A DNA stretch of 64,000 bases, taken from assembly GCA_965202685.1 (NCBI GenBank), contig OZ241853.1, positions 2,585,622 through 2,649,621 on the forward strand, given 5' to 3'. This document shows positions 18,314 to 30,976 of this stretch, piece by piece (the stretch's first letter is position 1; every line of letters starts with the position of its first letter). Made by a program: the position numbers and the translations under genes. Source of the stretch: Gammaproteobacteria bacterium (GTDB taxonomy: Bacteria > Pseudomonadota > Gammaproteobacteria > Eutrophobiales > Eutrophobiaceae). The notes beneath the pieces are model-generated. The model was not told where the DNA came from and did no database searches. It worked only from the letters and a program-made list of their open reading frames with translations.

Positions 18314-18315
<2 letters not shown>
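18295..18315. terminator. hairpin between the convergent dioxygenase-beta and gloB genes (possible bidirectional terminator)
   Basis: Stem aaggcgg / ccgcctt (7 bp) with loop cccggcc. Overlaps the gloB stop codon. The downstream T-rich tract is weak. Confidence 0.35.
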
Positions 18316-21150
<2,835 letters not shown>

Positions 21151-21156
21151 GGCCCC

Positions 21157-23790
21157 TTGGCAATGGCTGATTTCGACCCACTCATCGCCGCCGCGCCGGA
21201 CCCCGAGCTCGCGGCCCTGCGGTTTGAACGGATGCGCGAGGACGCGGCCTTGCGCGCTGAGCTGGACACCCTGGCGGAGAACGAGAACATTGCCGCCGAC
21301 TTCGTCGCCATTGCCGGCTATTCCACCTTCCTGTTCAACTATCTCTGCCGCAATCCCCAGGCCTTGCGCCTGTTGGGCGAACCCTGCGAGTTTGACCCGG
21401 AAGATCTGGACGGGGCCCAGGACCACGAGGCCCTGCGCCATTACAAATACGAGCAACTGTTGAAAATCACTTGGATGGATGTCTCTGGCGCCTACCCCTA
21501 CGAGGTGGTGCTGAACCGTTTGAGCCAGTTGGCGGATGTCATCGTGGCCAAGGCCTTGCGCCTTTCCTTTGCCGCCGACCAGCAGGGAGACCTGGCTGAC
21601 TTCATCAGCGTTTTCGGCCTGGGCAAGCTGGGGGCCAGCGAACTGAATTACAGCTCCGATGTGGATCTGATACTCGTCGGCAGCAACTACGACGAGGCCG
21701 GCATGGACGCCCACGAACTGCAAGCGCGGCTGGTGAAGAACATCAGGCGCTTCACCCGCAGTCTGGAAGAGATCACCTACACCGGCTTCTTGTACCGGGT
21801 TGACCTCAAGTTGCGCCCTTGGGGCAAGAGCGGCCCGCTGTTCCTGTCCGTGGACGAGACTGAAAACTACTACGAGGCCAGCACCGAGGCTTGGGAGCGC
21901 ATGGCCTGGTTGCGGGCCCGTTGCGTGGCGGGTGCCGAGACCATGGGGAAGGAGTTCCTGGAGCGCATGCGTCCATTCACCTTCCGGCGCTCTTTGAGCC
22001 TCTCCGATCTGGAGCGGTTTGTTTCCATCAAGGAAGAGATGGCCAAAGTCAGGGAGACCAGCGGCCAGTGGCATGTCAAGTTAGGCACCGGCGGCATCCG
22101 GGACATCGAGTTTTTCATACAGATCCTCCAGTTGCTGAACGCCGGCAAGCATCCCGTTCTGCAAAAGACGAACACCTTGACGGTGTTGGGGGAGTTGCGG
22201 GAACTGGACTTCGTGAGCCCTGAGGAGGAGCAGGAGATCAAGAAGGCCTATCTGTTCCTGCGGCGCCTGGAGAACAGGTTGCAAATGGCGGACGAGAAGC
22301 AGGTTCACGCGTTGCCGGACGACGAGGATGGCCGGATCAGGGTGGCCCGCTCCCTGTCCGTGCCGGGCGCTTCCGACGCCGAGATCCTGGCGAATTTCGA
22401 TAGCTTGCTTAGCGCCAATCGCGCCATCGCCGGGCGGTACTTTGAAAAAGTCCTGGCGGGCGCGGGGCGGGAAGCGGAGGCGGCCAAAAAGCCCCCGGTC
22501 ACTTTCGCCGCGGCCTGGAACAAGACGCAGGCGGAGACCAGCTTCGCCCGCTGGGTGGAGTTGTGCGAGAAGGAGAAATGGGGCGACCGGCCGGAGAACA
22601 AGAATCTGTTGATCAACATCTTTGGCGCCAGTTGGTATTTCACTCGCTACATTTTCTTTCGCGGCTATGAAATCACGGAGCTGATCGACCACTACTCAGA
22701 GCGCGTCATCAACGCGCAGAGCATCTCGGACAGCCTGTATGTGGATGCGGACGAAGATGACCTTGAGCATAGCCTGTATGTGCTTTCTTCGGTCAAGAAT
22801 CAATGGATGCTGTGCATACTCATCCAGTTTTTGCAGGGGGAGACCACCCTGCCGGAGCTGGAAGAGAACCTGACGACCTTGGCGGAATGCGTTTTCGTCG
22901 CCGTAATCAGGGAGCTGGTCAAGATAAACGAGTCGGTGTTCAGGAACATGGCGGTGTTGGGCATGGGCCGGATGGCGGGGAGCGAGATGATCTTTGGCTC
23001 CGACCTGGATTTGATATTCCTCTACAAATCCAAGACCGGGGATGACACGACTCAGATCTCAAAGCAAGTTCAGGGGCTGTTGCGCCATCTGTCCACGGTG
23101 TCCCCCGCCGGTTTGCTCTACGAGGTCGATACGCGCCTCAGGCCCCACGGCAACTCAGGTTCGTTAGTCACCTCGGTGGACTCCTTTACGGAATACCACT
23201 GTTCGGACCGGGCGGTGTGGGAAAGGCAGATGATGACGCGTTGCCGCCCCATCTACGATCCGGACAAGATCGGCGCCGAGGCCCTGCAAGTCGTCTCCGG
23301 CGCCATTTACGCCGCCCATGAAGTGGAGGAATTGCGAGACGAGATCGCCAAGATGCGCCACCTGATCGAGGAAACTCTGGGGCAACCCCACAGGAAACAC
23401 GAGATAAAAAGGGGCCGCGGCGGACTCATGGACATCGATTTTCTCACCCACTTCATGCAACTGAGCCGCGGGCGGGAGCGCCCCGAACTGCAAACCGCCA
23501 GCACGCGGACAGCGTTGCGGCGCCTGGCCGAGGCGAATTGCCTGAGCGCGGAGACGGCCCAAGCCCTGCTGGCGGATTATGATTTTCTCAAGCGCATGGA
23601 GGCCTGCATCCGTTTGATTGACCTGAAGGCCGCCAGCGCCATTCCCAAGGACGCCGGGCAGAACGTCGTGCTGTCCCGGGGCATGGGCTATGAAGACGGC
23701 GCTGAGGAGGCGTTCATGGCTGACTTCATGGCGGCCACGGGCCGGATCCGGGCCGAGTTCAACCGGCACCTGCCGCCGGTGGAGGACTGA
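21157..23790 (+). CDS. glnE: bifunctional glutamine-synthetase adenylyltransferase / adenylyl-removing enzyme
   Basis: 877 aa with two nucleotidyltransferase modules: GLGKLGASELNYSSDVDLILV and a second MAVLGMGRMAGSEMIFGSDLDLIFLY. Confidence 0.85.
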   Translation: MAMADFDPLIAAAPDPELAALRFERMREDAALRAELDTLAENENIAADFVAIAGYSTFLFNYLCRNPQALRLLGEPCEFDPEDLDGAQDHEALRHYKYEQLLKITWMDVSGAYPYEVVLNRLSQLADVIVAKALRLSFAADQQGDLADFISVFGLGKLGASELNYSSDVDLILVGSNYDEAGMDAHELQARLVKNIRRFTRSLEEITYTGFLYRVDLKLRPWGKSGPLFLSVDETENYYEASTEAWERMAWLRARCVAGAETMGKEFLERMRPFTFRRSLSLSDLERFVSIKEEMAKVRETSGQWHVKLGTGGIRDIEFFIQILQLLNAGKHPVLQKTNTLTVLGELRELDFVSPEEEQEIKKAYLFLRRLENRLQMADEKQVHALPDDEDGRIRVARSLSVPGASDAEILANFDSLLSANRAIAGRYFEKVLAGAGREAEAAKKPPVTFAAAWNKTQAETSFARWVELCEKEKWGDRPENKNLLINIFGASWYFTRYIFFRGYEITELIDHYSERVINAQSISDSLYVDADEDDLEHSLYVLSSVKNQWMLCILIQFLQGETTLPELEENLTTLAECVFVAVIRELVKINESVFRNMAVLGMGRMAGSEMIFGSDLDLIFLYKSKTGDDTTQISKQVQGLLRHLSTVSPAGLLYEVDTRLRPHGNSGSLVTSVDSFTEYHCSDRAVWERQMMTRCRPIYDPDKIGAEALQVVSGAIYAAHEVEELRDEIAKMRHLIEETLGQPHRKHEIKRGRGGLMDIDFLTHFMQLSRGRERPELQTASTRTALRRLAEANCLSAETAQALLADYDFLKRMEACIRLIDLKAASAIPKDAGQNVVLSRGMGYEDGAEEAFMADFMAATGRIRAEFNRHLPPVED

Positions 23791-24571
23791 CCCCGTCCGA
23801 GTCGGGCGCCGGGCGCGCCAGGGCCTGGTTCCCTCCTGAGAGTTTGGCTTGGTACAAGGCGGCGTCCGCTTGCGCGATCAAGACCCTTGGCGCCAGGGTT
23901 CGGGGCGGCGCCATGGCGGCGACGCCTACGCTCGCGGTGACGATGCCTTTTGCGCCAGCGGCCTCGTGCCGGATGGCTAATTGCTCTATGGCTCGCCGCA
24001 TCCGGTCCGCCAGCTGGAGCGCGTTCCTCAGGTTCGTGTCCGGCAGGATGAGCGCGAACTCATCGCCTCCGTAGCGCGCCGCCAGGTCGCCCCCGCGTTT
24101 CGCGTGGTCGTCGATCACTCGGGCGACGCGGCGCAGGCAGTCGTCTCCCTGCTGGTGTCCGTAGCGGTCGTTGAAGGGTTTGAAGCCGTCTATGTCGCAC
24201 AGGATCAGGGCGACGGCGCCGCCGGCCCGGGCCGAGCGCCGCCATTCCTTATCCAAAAACTCGTCGAAGCGGCGGCGGTTCGCGATCTCCGTCAGGCTGT
24301 CTTGCGTCGACAAGGCCAAGAGTTTCGCCGCCAGGCCCTGGGCCTCGTCTTTTTCCCGCTGCAGTCTTTCCTGGGTTTTTTTGGCCGCGGCAAGTTCGCG
24401 CTCCAGCTCCGCCACCCGCCGGTCCCGCCGCCACCAGCGCCTCAGTTTTCCCAGGAGTCCGCTTGGGTCAAGACGCCCTCTTTGCGGCGGTCCCTCGGGT
24501 CGGCTCAAGGGATCTCCTCGCAAGGGAAAAATTTGTCTTCCGGGATGTAGGACAGCAAGGCGTCCCGGCAA
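23759..24571 (-). CDS. diguanylate cyclase (GGDEF domain) with an N-terminal coiled coil
   Basis: RYGGDEFALIL active-site motif. N-terminal ELERELAAAKKTQERLQREKDEAQ coiled coil. Start codon uncertain: the ORF overlaps the SplB-like gene's 3' end by 67 bp and glnE's 3' end by 32 bp. Confidence 0.7.
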   Translation of the reverse strand: MPGRLAVLHPGRQIFPLRGDPLSRPEGPPQRGRLDPSGLLGKLRRWWRRDRRVAELERELAAAKKTQERLQREKDEAQGLAAKLLALSTQDSLTEIANRRRFDEFLDKEWRRSARAGGAVALILCDIDGFKPFNDRYGHQQGDDCLRRVARVIDDHAKRGGDLAARYGGDEFALILPDTNLRNALQLADRMRRAIEQLAIRHEAAGAKGIVTASVGVAAMAPPRTLAPRVLIAQADAALYQAKLSGGNQALARPAPDSDGVSPPPAAGAG

Positions 24572-25506
24572 AAAGACAGCAACTCATCGCGCAAAGGCTT
24601 CCGGTAGGTCATCACTCCCTTGTCGGTCTCCTCCAGGGGGGAAGCGAACAGCGCCTCTTCCGGGTGTAGCCGCGACAGGGGTTTGTAATAGGGCTTGGGC
24701 AGACGGAAGCTTCCCAGACTCACCGAGTGCAGCGTTGCGGCGTCGATGCGCGCGAACACCTGGGCGAACAGGGCCTGGTATTGCGAGCGCGCCCCTTCTT
24801 GATGGATGAGCGGGTCGAAACGCAAGCCCACCGGCCAGCCGCGGGCCTGAAGTCGTTGCAGAGCCGCTATCCGCTTAGCGACCGGGGGCGCCTTGCGCTC
24901 CAGGGCCGAGGCGATTTCGGCGGGCGTGAAACTATAGGCGACGACGCAGTTCGGCAACGGCTCGCGCGCCAACAGGGAACGGATTTGCGCGCTCTTGGTG
25001 CGCAACTCCAACAGGGCGCGGGGGCGCCCCTCGAACACCGGCAGAAACTCCCGGACGAAGTGGGTCACCGGCTCCAAGGCCAGGCTGTCGCAGTCATACC
25101 CGGAAAAGAAATGCGCGGTCTGCCGCCCCGCCGCCTTGATCTTCTCCTCGATGGCGGCGATGAAATCCTCGTAATTGACGAAAACCACATAGTGCGCCGA
25201 CCGGTGCATGCCTTGCAGGAAGCAATAACGGCAGTCGTAGAGGCAATTCAACATGTGGGAGAAATAATAGTTTCGCTCGCCCCCGATGGCGTATTCCGGC
25301 GGGGAAGGAAGCAGGTGGTTTTTAAATTTTCGCGCCAAAATCAACGCCGGTTTGCGCTTCTGCAAACGGAAATTTTGCGCCTTGCGGTTGAATATCTCGG
25401 TGTAGCGGTCGCATTCGGCGACGGCGGCGGCAGGGAAACGCTCCCTGATGGCCCGGGCCCGGGGGTGGTCCGCCACAGCCGCTTCAAGGTAAATCTGCTC
25501 GATCAT
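24505..25506 (-). CDS. radical-SAM protein of the spore-photoproduct-lyase (SplB-like) family
   Basis: CLYDCRYC (CX3CX2C) radical-SAM cluster motif. About 334 aa when started at MIEQIY (25506). The ORF-track start at 25914 overlaps the upstream gene and is unlikely. Confidence 0.65.
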   Translation of the reverse strand: MIEQIYLEAAVADHPRARAIRERFPAAAVAECDRYTEIFNRKAQNFRLQKRKPALILARKFKNHLLPSPPEYAIGGERNYYFSHMLNCLYDCRYCFLQGMHRSAHYVVFVNYEDFIAAIEEKIKAAGRQTAHFFSGYDCDSLALEPVTHFVREFLPVFEGRPRALLELRTKSAQIRSLLAREPLPNCVVAYSFTPAEIASALERKAPPVAKRIAALQRLQARGWPVGLRFDPLIHQEGARSQYQALFAQVFARIDAATLHSVSLGSFRLPKPYYKPLSRLHPEEALFASPLEETDKGVMTYRKPLRDELLSFCRDALLSYIPEDKFFPCEEIP

Positions 25507-26348
25507 GCCGGCTCTTGAGGGGTCAGGCGGATGGGCGCGTTCTCGACCTCGACGCGCAACCGTTCTATGATTTGGGCGGCGTTGGCGGGGCCGGTTGCTC
25601 CTTGGATCAAAAGTTCGGCGGCCCCCCGTCCTCCCGGACGCAACGCCTGCCATTTCCTGAGTAGCGTTTTCAGTTGCTCGCGCTGGGTGGCGGTGAAGCG
25701 CCGCCCCCGCACCAGCGCCTCGTAATCGTCGCCGGGATGAAGGCGTCGCCGCTCCTCCTCGGCAAGCGACAGCAGTTGCCGCGCCAGCGCGTCTATGACG
25801 GCGAGATTGTCTTCCAGCAAGCGGCTGACGCGGGTCGAGGTGAGATCCTCCGGCGGGTGTTCGGCGTTGTCCGAGACCACCTTGACCGTCTGCGCCAGCT
25901 CTGTGGTCGCGCAACCCGAGACGGCGCTGAAAAACCCCGCGCCTTCCATATCAAACAAGACCTCCTGGTGGTCCGCGCAAGGCTCCTCTATGGTAAGCAG
26001 TTCGCAGACAGGAAGGGCCGCGCTGAAGACGGGGGAGGGAAACCAGGTCTGCCCGGAGGCGGCGTCCGTGATCTTTGCGACTAAAGCGGCCTGGCCCAGA
26101 GGCAGGGAGGCGTGTCCCGCCACCCCTATGTTGAGCCAGGCGTGGGATTTGTCCGCTTTGAACAAGGCGCGGGTCAACTCCGTCGCGGCCGCGGCGGCGG
26201 CTTTGCCCGGCCCGGAACGGGTGAGCGTGATGTCCCCGTTCCGATTTTGATAGACGGGAAAGGCTCTGCTCCCCGGCAGTGGCCGCAGGTCGAAATGCTC
26301 CAACAGGGGTCGGGCCTCGGGCTTGAGGGCGGTGATGAGGTGAATCAT
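25503..26348 (-). CDS. PNP/UDP-phosphorylase-family protein (MTA/SAH-nucleosidase-like) with a C-terminal extension
   Basis: MIHLITALKPEARPL…, GPGKAAAAAAT…, FDMEGAGFF and VVSDNAE resemble the Pfs/MtnN motif positions. Extra C-terminal segment of about 80 aa. ATGA overlaps with both neighbours. Confidence 0.45.
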   Translation of the reverse strand: MIHLITALKPEARPLLEHFDLRPLPGSRAFPVYQNRNGDITLTRSGPGKAAAAAATELTRALFKADKSHAWLNIGVAGHASLPLGQAALVAKITDAASGQTWFPSPVFSAALPVCELLTIEEPCADHQEVLFDMEGAGFFSAVSGCATTELAQTVKVVSDNAEHPPEDLTSTRVSRLLEDNLAVIDALARQLLSLAEEERRRLHPGDDYEALVRGRRFTATQREQLKTLLRKWQALRPGGRGAAELLIQGATGPANAAQIIERLRVEVENAPIRLTPQEPA

Positions 26349-27187
26349 GACAGGGCGCGCCGGGCCAACACCCGTTCACACTCGTCCACGAAGACCGGGT
26401 TGCCGTGTTTTTTCGCGCCGCGCAAGTAGATGCGAGCTTTTTCAACCAACATGGCCAGGGCCGCTTGGCGGTCGGGCGCCGCTAAGGCCTCGTCGTTGAG
26501 GATCTTGTCCAGGGCCCTGATGCGAAACCGGTCCATGCCCCAGTGCCTTTTTGACAGCTGGTCCTCGTGGCCGCCGTATTTCACGACCAAGGGCTCATCG
26601 ATGAATGACACGGGCATGCGCGCGCAGATCCGCAACCATAGATCGTAGTCTTCGCAGACCGGCAGGGTCTCATCGAACAGGCCCACTTGGGCAAAGACGC
26701 GCCGGTGGAGCATCACGGATGACGGGGAAATGACGCATAGAGGCAGGCAACGCTGGAATATGAACCCGCCGCGTTTTTTGTGCTTGCGTTTCTGATTGAC
26801 GCGGACGCCATTGCGGATCCACACCTCGTTGGTGTGGAGCGCCTGCTGTTCTGGATCTTTTTCAATTGCTTGGCATTGTCGCTCCAGCTTGGCGGGAAGC
26901 CAGGCGTCGTCCGAGTCCAAAAACGCCAGCCAGTCGCCGCGGGCCGCGCGCACCCCGGCGTTCCGGGCGGCGCTGACCCCCCGGTTGGGTTGGGCCATCA
27001 GCCTGATGTCGGGGTAGCGCTCCGCGACTAACGCGGCGGTGCCATCGGTGGAGCCGTCATCGACGACGATGATCTCATCCGGGGGCCGGGTCTGCGCCAG
27101 GACCGAGTCCAGACAACGCGGCAAAAGACGGGCCCGATTATGGCTGGGAATGATGACGCTGAGGGATTTCATGGGATTGATTAACAA
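26345..27187 (-). CDS. family-2 glycosyltransferase
   Basis: LSVIIPSHNRARLLPRCLDSVLAQT…IIVVDDGSTDGT, the classic GT2 N-terminal DxD-containing domain. 280 aa. Confidence 0.75.
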   Translation of the reverse strand: MLINPMKSLSVIIPSHNRARLLPRCLDSVLAQTRPPDEIIVVDDGSTDGTAALVAERYPDIRLMAQPNRGVSAARNAGVRAARGDWLAFLDSDDAWLPAKLERQCQAIEKDPEQQALHTNEVWIRNGVRVNQKRKHKKRGGFIFQRCLPLCVISPSSVMLHRRVFAQVGLFDETLPVCEDYDLWLRICARMPVSFIDEPLVVKYGGHEDQLSKRHWGMDRFRIRALDKILNDEALAAPDRQAALAMLVEKARIYLRGAKKHGNPVFVDECERVLARRALS

Positions 27188-27204
27188 TGCGGAACTAACG
27201 CTTT

Positions 27205-27999
27205 TTAGCCACTCTTCTTTCTCTCAATAACGCTTCTTATCCTCTTTTTAGCGAAGGTTGCGTACTTCTTGTCTTTCTCAATGCCTAACCACTTTCTGTT
27301 TAATGTTTCGGCAACGACGGCGGTTGTTCCGCTTCCTAAAAATGGATCAAGAACAATGTCGCCTTCGTTTGAACTTGTCAAAATAATTCTTTTGAGTATT
27401 TCTTCTGGTTTTTGCGTGGGGTGCAATGCGCGTCCACTTTTGTTGCGCAGTCTCTCTTTTCCTTGAACAAGTGGCAATTCCCAAAGATCGCGCATTTGTT
27501 TTGGACTCCCATCCTTCTTTCTATGGGGATTTATTTCTTTTGTTTTTTCATAATTGAAAATCCAGCCGCTTCCTTTTACCGCCCAAACAACAAACTCAGT
27601 TGAGTGTGTATAAACTCGTTTTGTCATATTAGGCATTGCGTTTGTTTTATACCAAGTGATAACATTGTTAATTTTGAAACTGAACTGTTTTAATGTTACC
27701 AGCACTTCGCCGATGTTGTGATAGCTGCATGAAATGTAAATTGCTCCACCATTTTTCAACACCCTGAAGCAAGAGCCGATCCATTCTTTTGTAAATTCCA
27801 TGTATTCTGAGGAGGTCATTTTATCCCAGGCCTCGTCTATCATGTGCCAGTCGCCTCCAGTTTTATTTCCCTCCCATTTTAAGTGATTTCCGGACAGATT
27901 GTAGGGCGGATCAGCAAAAATCAAAGCAACAGTTTCTTCATCGAACTGTTTGTTCAGTATTGAAATGCAGTCACCATTGTAAATAACATTTGTTTTCAT
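27205..27999 (-). CDS. beta-class DNA N6-adenine (or N4-cytosine) methyltransferase
   Basis: Motif order is DPPY (ALIFADPPYNL), then HPTQKP, then DPFLGSGTTAV, the beta-class permutation. Start taken at MKTNVIYNGDC (27999). Confidence 0.8.
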   Translation of the reverse strand: MKTNVIYNGDCISILNKQFDEETVALIFADPPYNLSGNHLKWEGNKTGGDWHMIDEAWDKMTSSEYMEFTKEWIGSCFRVLKNGGAIYISCSYHNIGEVLVTLKQFSFKINNVITWYKTNAMPNMTKRVYTHSTEFVVWAVKGSGWIFNYEKTKEINPHRKKDGSPKQMRDLWELPLVQGKERLRNKSGRALHPTQKPEEILKRIILTSSNEGDIVLDPFLGSGTTAVVAETLNRKWLGIEKDKKYATFAKKRIRSVIERKKSG

Positions 28000-28007
28000 G
28001 TTTATAC

Positions 28008-29825
28008 TCAGGAAAGGATGCTTTCCCGCCATGAAGAAATAGTTTCCGGAATGCTTTGCAGCCATTCAATGGAGTTGTTGAAAGAATTGGTGGCATTCAA
28101 TATTTTGTCGTACAAAAGCGAGAGTTGCGTGTGTCTTAAGAACCGCAGTTCTGCTTTCATCTGAAGAAGAGTTTCCAAAATCAATATGAAATGGCTAATT
28201 GATAACGGGATGATTTTCTGAGGACTCCCCTCAAATTCGTATTTTATCGCCGCCCAAAAAGTGTTTACGGTATCCCTGTGCAGTGATGGGGCAATGAATA
28301 GACAATATGATGGCTTGCTGGGATGCTTTTTTTCAAAATCTCTTAAATGCCTCATCACTGGTTGTCCTTCGTTGTACCACTGCTCGCGGTTTCTGAGCAT
28401 TGTAACTTCGCAAATTGCATTGAAGCTATCATAAAAGCACTCAATATCTGGAGTGTTTGCAGGAGCGGTGAAAGTTGGTTCATTATCATCGCCGACAGGA
28501 TAACTGGGTTGTATTCTAAGCGCATCGTTAAGCGCTTGCAAACTCAGTGCAGACAATTTTTCAAGCAATATAGAACGGTCATCATGCTCAAAGATAGTTT
28601 TAAGCTTATGAATGCAGTTTTCAATTTGCTCTTTTGTTTGGGAACTCTCGTAATCCAGATCATTTTGTAGCGACCTCCTGTATTCTCGCAATTCAGCGAT
28701 ATAGATTCTTAACTCGTCATTTTGCATTTTTCGGTAGTTTTCCAGGGCAATGTTCTCTTTCCTCAAAGAAGCTTCATGTTCGCGCACTTCTTGAACAAGC
28801 CGTTCTATAATTTCAATGTGCTTTTCTGAGGTTTCCCAAGGAAGATAAGGCTGGGAAATGTCTGACACATATTCAAGATAAGCTTTTTTTGAGACAAAGG
28901 ATTTAGCTTTTGCACTGTCATAAGCTAATAGAGCATTGATTTCAATTGACCTGCTTGGTTCTAAATCAATATAAAAGCCACCGCCACGGATGCGTATATA
29001 TCGAGTCAAGCGAAAATAACGAATTGCGTTATCGCCGTAGTCTTGCAAATTGTTCAGGAGGCTGCTTATCTTGTTTTTGTCATTAGATTCTAAAAACCCA
29101 ATGGCAAATTGCCATTTGTAATTTTCAAAGCATTCCCTTCGTTCCTTCTGTGGCTTGCTTATTAGTTCTTCTCTTAAAGCGATAATTCTCTCCGCATAAT
29201 CATTTATGTTTTTATGATGAATCAAAGTGGGAACGAAAAGGGAAAATTCCTGTTTGCTAATGCCTTTAGGTTTGTTGCCGCGAGAAATGTCTTTTTGATT
29301 CACCTTATTGATCAGATGAAGTGCGCCAATGAAGGGCTTAATATCGTAATTTCCGTCTTCAGGATAATCACGGCTATCGGGGTTTGGTATTTGCCATTTC
29401 AAGAAACTTCTGAAAAACACTTCTCCAATATCAAAGTCATCTTTCATAAAAAGCTTCCCTAGGTCAGTGATGAATATCCTATTGTTTTTGATAGCGACGA
29501 GCCCTATTTTTTTGAGGGGGTTTATTGACTGTCTTCCGCGCATTGGCGGATCTTCATAATTTTTGATGTTGAAAATCTCTTCCGCTTGAGCAAAAGATAT
29601 TTCTCTTGATAGATCATCAATCAAGCTAACTGATTCTCGGGGAAGCCCATTATAGAACTGGGGACTTCCATATCCATATTTTCTATTTTGGATAAGTAAA
29701 GTTTGAAAAGCTTTTTGGCTTTCTGAATTCCATTCCGAATTTTCGAGTTGACGAAGGATTATCAAAAAATCCCTCAGCCTTTCAGGATTTCGCAACGTTG
29801 TGGTGATTGACCAAGGTTTTTTCAT
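28008..29825 (-). CDS. candidate type IIS restriction (or nicking) endonuclease, AlwI/N.BstNBI/PleI/MlyI-like family
   Basis: 605 aa. Recalled segments of N.BstNBI line up: FLKWQIPNP…YPE…IKPF…LHLINKV, IRYFRLTRYIR.RG, and YCLFIAPSL…IIPLSISHF. N-terminal W…RNPERL…L…E..W pattern. Flanked by two methyltransferases. Identification is from memory, not from alignment. Confidence 0.5.
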   Translation of the reverse strand: MKKPWSITTTLRNPERLRDFLIILRQLENSEWNSESQKAFQTLLIQNRKYGYGSPQFYNGLPRESVSLIDDLSREISFAQAEEIFNIKNYEDPPMRGRQSINPLKKIGLVAIKNNRIFITDLGKLFMKDDFDIGEVFFRSFLKWQIPNPDSRDYPEDGNYDIKPFIGALHLINKVNQKDISRGNKPKGISKQEFSLFVPTLIHHKNINDYAERIIALREELISKPQKERRECFENYKWQFAIGFLESNDKNKISSLLNNLQDYGDNAIRYFRLTRYIRIRGGGFYIDLEPSRSIEINALLAYDSAKAKSFVSKKAYLEYVSDISQPYLPWETSEKHIEIIERLVQEVREHEASLRKENIALENYRKMQNDELRIYIAELREYRRSLQNDLDYESSQTKEQIENCIHKLKTIFEHDDRSILLEKLSALSLQALNDALRIQPSYPVGDDNEPTFTAPANTPDIECFYDSFNAICEVTMLRNREQWYNEGQPVMRHLRDFEKKHPSKPSYCLFIAPSLHRDTVNTFWAAIKYEFEGSPQKIIPLSISHFILILETLLQMKAELRFLRHTQLSLLYDKILNATNSFNNSIEWLQSIPETISSWRESILS

Positions 29826-30976
29826 GGCCGTTCAACATGGCAATAGAAAATCCGTTCCGCATTGCTCTCGCTGGCGCTTTTTCCTGTTGTAAAGGCCTTG
29901 TAATTTTTTTCAAATATCTCAACGTTGCCTCTGCCACTCAGAATTCGCACGATTTCGTTATCGCTTATTCTTGCGTTTGAGCGCCCGTCTTTTGAATTGC
30001 CTGTGTTGTTGTAAGAAAGTAAAATATGCCTGCATTGCGCGTTTCCAATCAAGTCTGAAAGCGCGCGTTTTGCGCTTTTGAGACAATAATTGCTTTTTAT
30101 ATGCGAGCGGTTCATTTTTTTGCCTACGCCGACTACTTCGGGTTTTTTCCATTCTGCGACATTTTCCAGAAGATGATACGCATCTGAGTACTGGCGCGAG
30201 TTGTAGGGCGGGTCAATGTATAGAACATCACAAGAGATTCTTTTGATTAGCGCGTTTGCGTCTTCTTTGTGGATTTCATTGTTTTCGTTATTCGCGTAGT
30301 CAATAGCGGGAATTAAAAGCCGGACAGGTTGGATCGTGTCTAATTTCCTCCGAAAAGCATCGTAATGGCCAACGGTATTGGCAACCTTGTCCGTTGCGTA
30401 AAGCAAGGAACAAATCAGGATGTTCTTTTCATCTTCGCCATTTGCAATTTCGTTAATCTCCTCGCGCATTGCCCCGATCTTTTTTGCATTCGCTTCTGTG
30501 AAATAGGTCCCGCCAAAGTGTTCTGAGAAATAATTTTCTTGACTGCTCTCCAAAGCATTGAGATAGCCGATTTTTTGAATTAAGCTTTTTTGCAGGTCGC
30601 GACGAACCCCTAAAAAGGCTTTCAGGCAGGCGTAATTCGCAAAAAGCAAATCATTGGAGATGATTTTAATGGCTTGGTTGTTAAACCTTTCTCCGACAAC
30701 GCCAGTTCCAGCAAAGATGTCGCAAAAGGAATTTATGGGGCCGCACTTTTCTGACACCACATCCTCGATGAAACCTAGCAATTTGCGCTTGTTGCCCAGG
30801 TACCGTCTGTTATGGAGGCGAAAGCGCCCACTACTTAGGCATTCTTGTGGCGGGAAGCGATGCCCGTTGATTCTCTGCGCGCTGATTTCAGGCCCGGATT
30901 CTTCTCCGTATAAATCGAGCTGAGTCGTATGCAGGTTGTTTTCCACGCGGTCAGAGTTTTGGTTCTGTTCTGTCAT
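29822..30976 (-). CDS. D12-class (Dam-like, alpha) DNA N6-adenine methyltransferase
   Basis: RYLGNKRKLL (the Dam WAGGK-type motif), FCDIFAGTGVVG (motif I), VLYIDPPYN (motif IV), and HILLSYNN (the Dam SNSD-type motif). Stop overlaps the endonuclease start. Confidence 0.75.
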   Translation of the reverse strand: MTEQNQNSDRVENNLHTTQLDLYGEESGPEISAQRINGHRFPPQECLSSGRFRLHNRRYLGNKRKLLGFIEDVVSEKCGPINSFCDIFAGTGVVGERFNNQAIKIISNDLLFANYACLKAFLGVRRDLQKSLIQKIGYLNALESSQENYFSEHFGGTYFTEANAKKIGAMREEINEIANGEDEKNILICSLLYATDKVANTVGHYDAFRRKLDTIQPVRLLIPAIDYANNENNEIHKEDANALIKRISCDVLYIDPPYNSRQYSDAYHLLENVAEWKKPEVVGVGKKMNRSHIKSNYCLKSAKRALSDLIGNAQCRHILLSYNNTGNSKDGRSNARISDNEIVRILSGRGNVEIFEKNYKAFTTGKSASESNAERIFYCHVERP

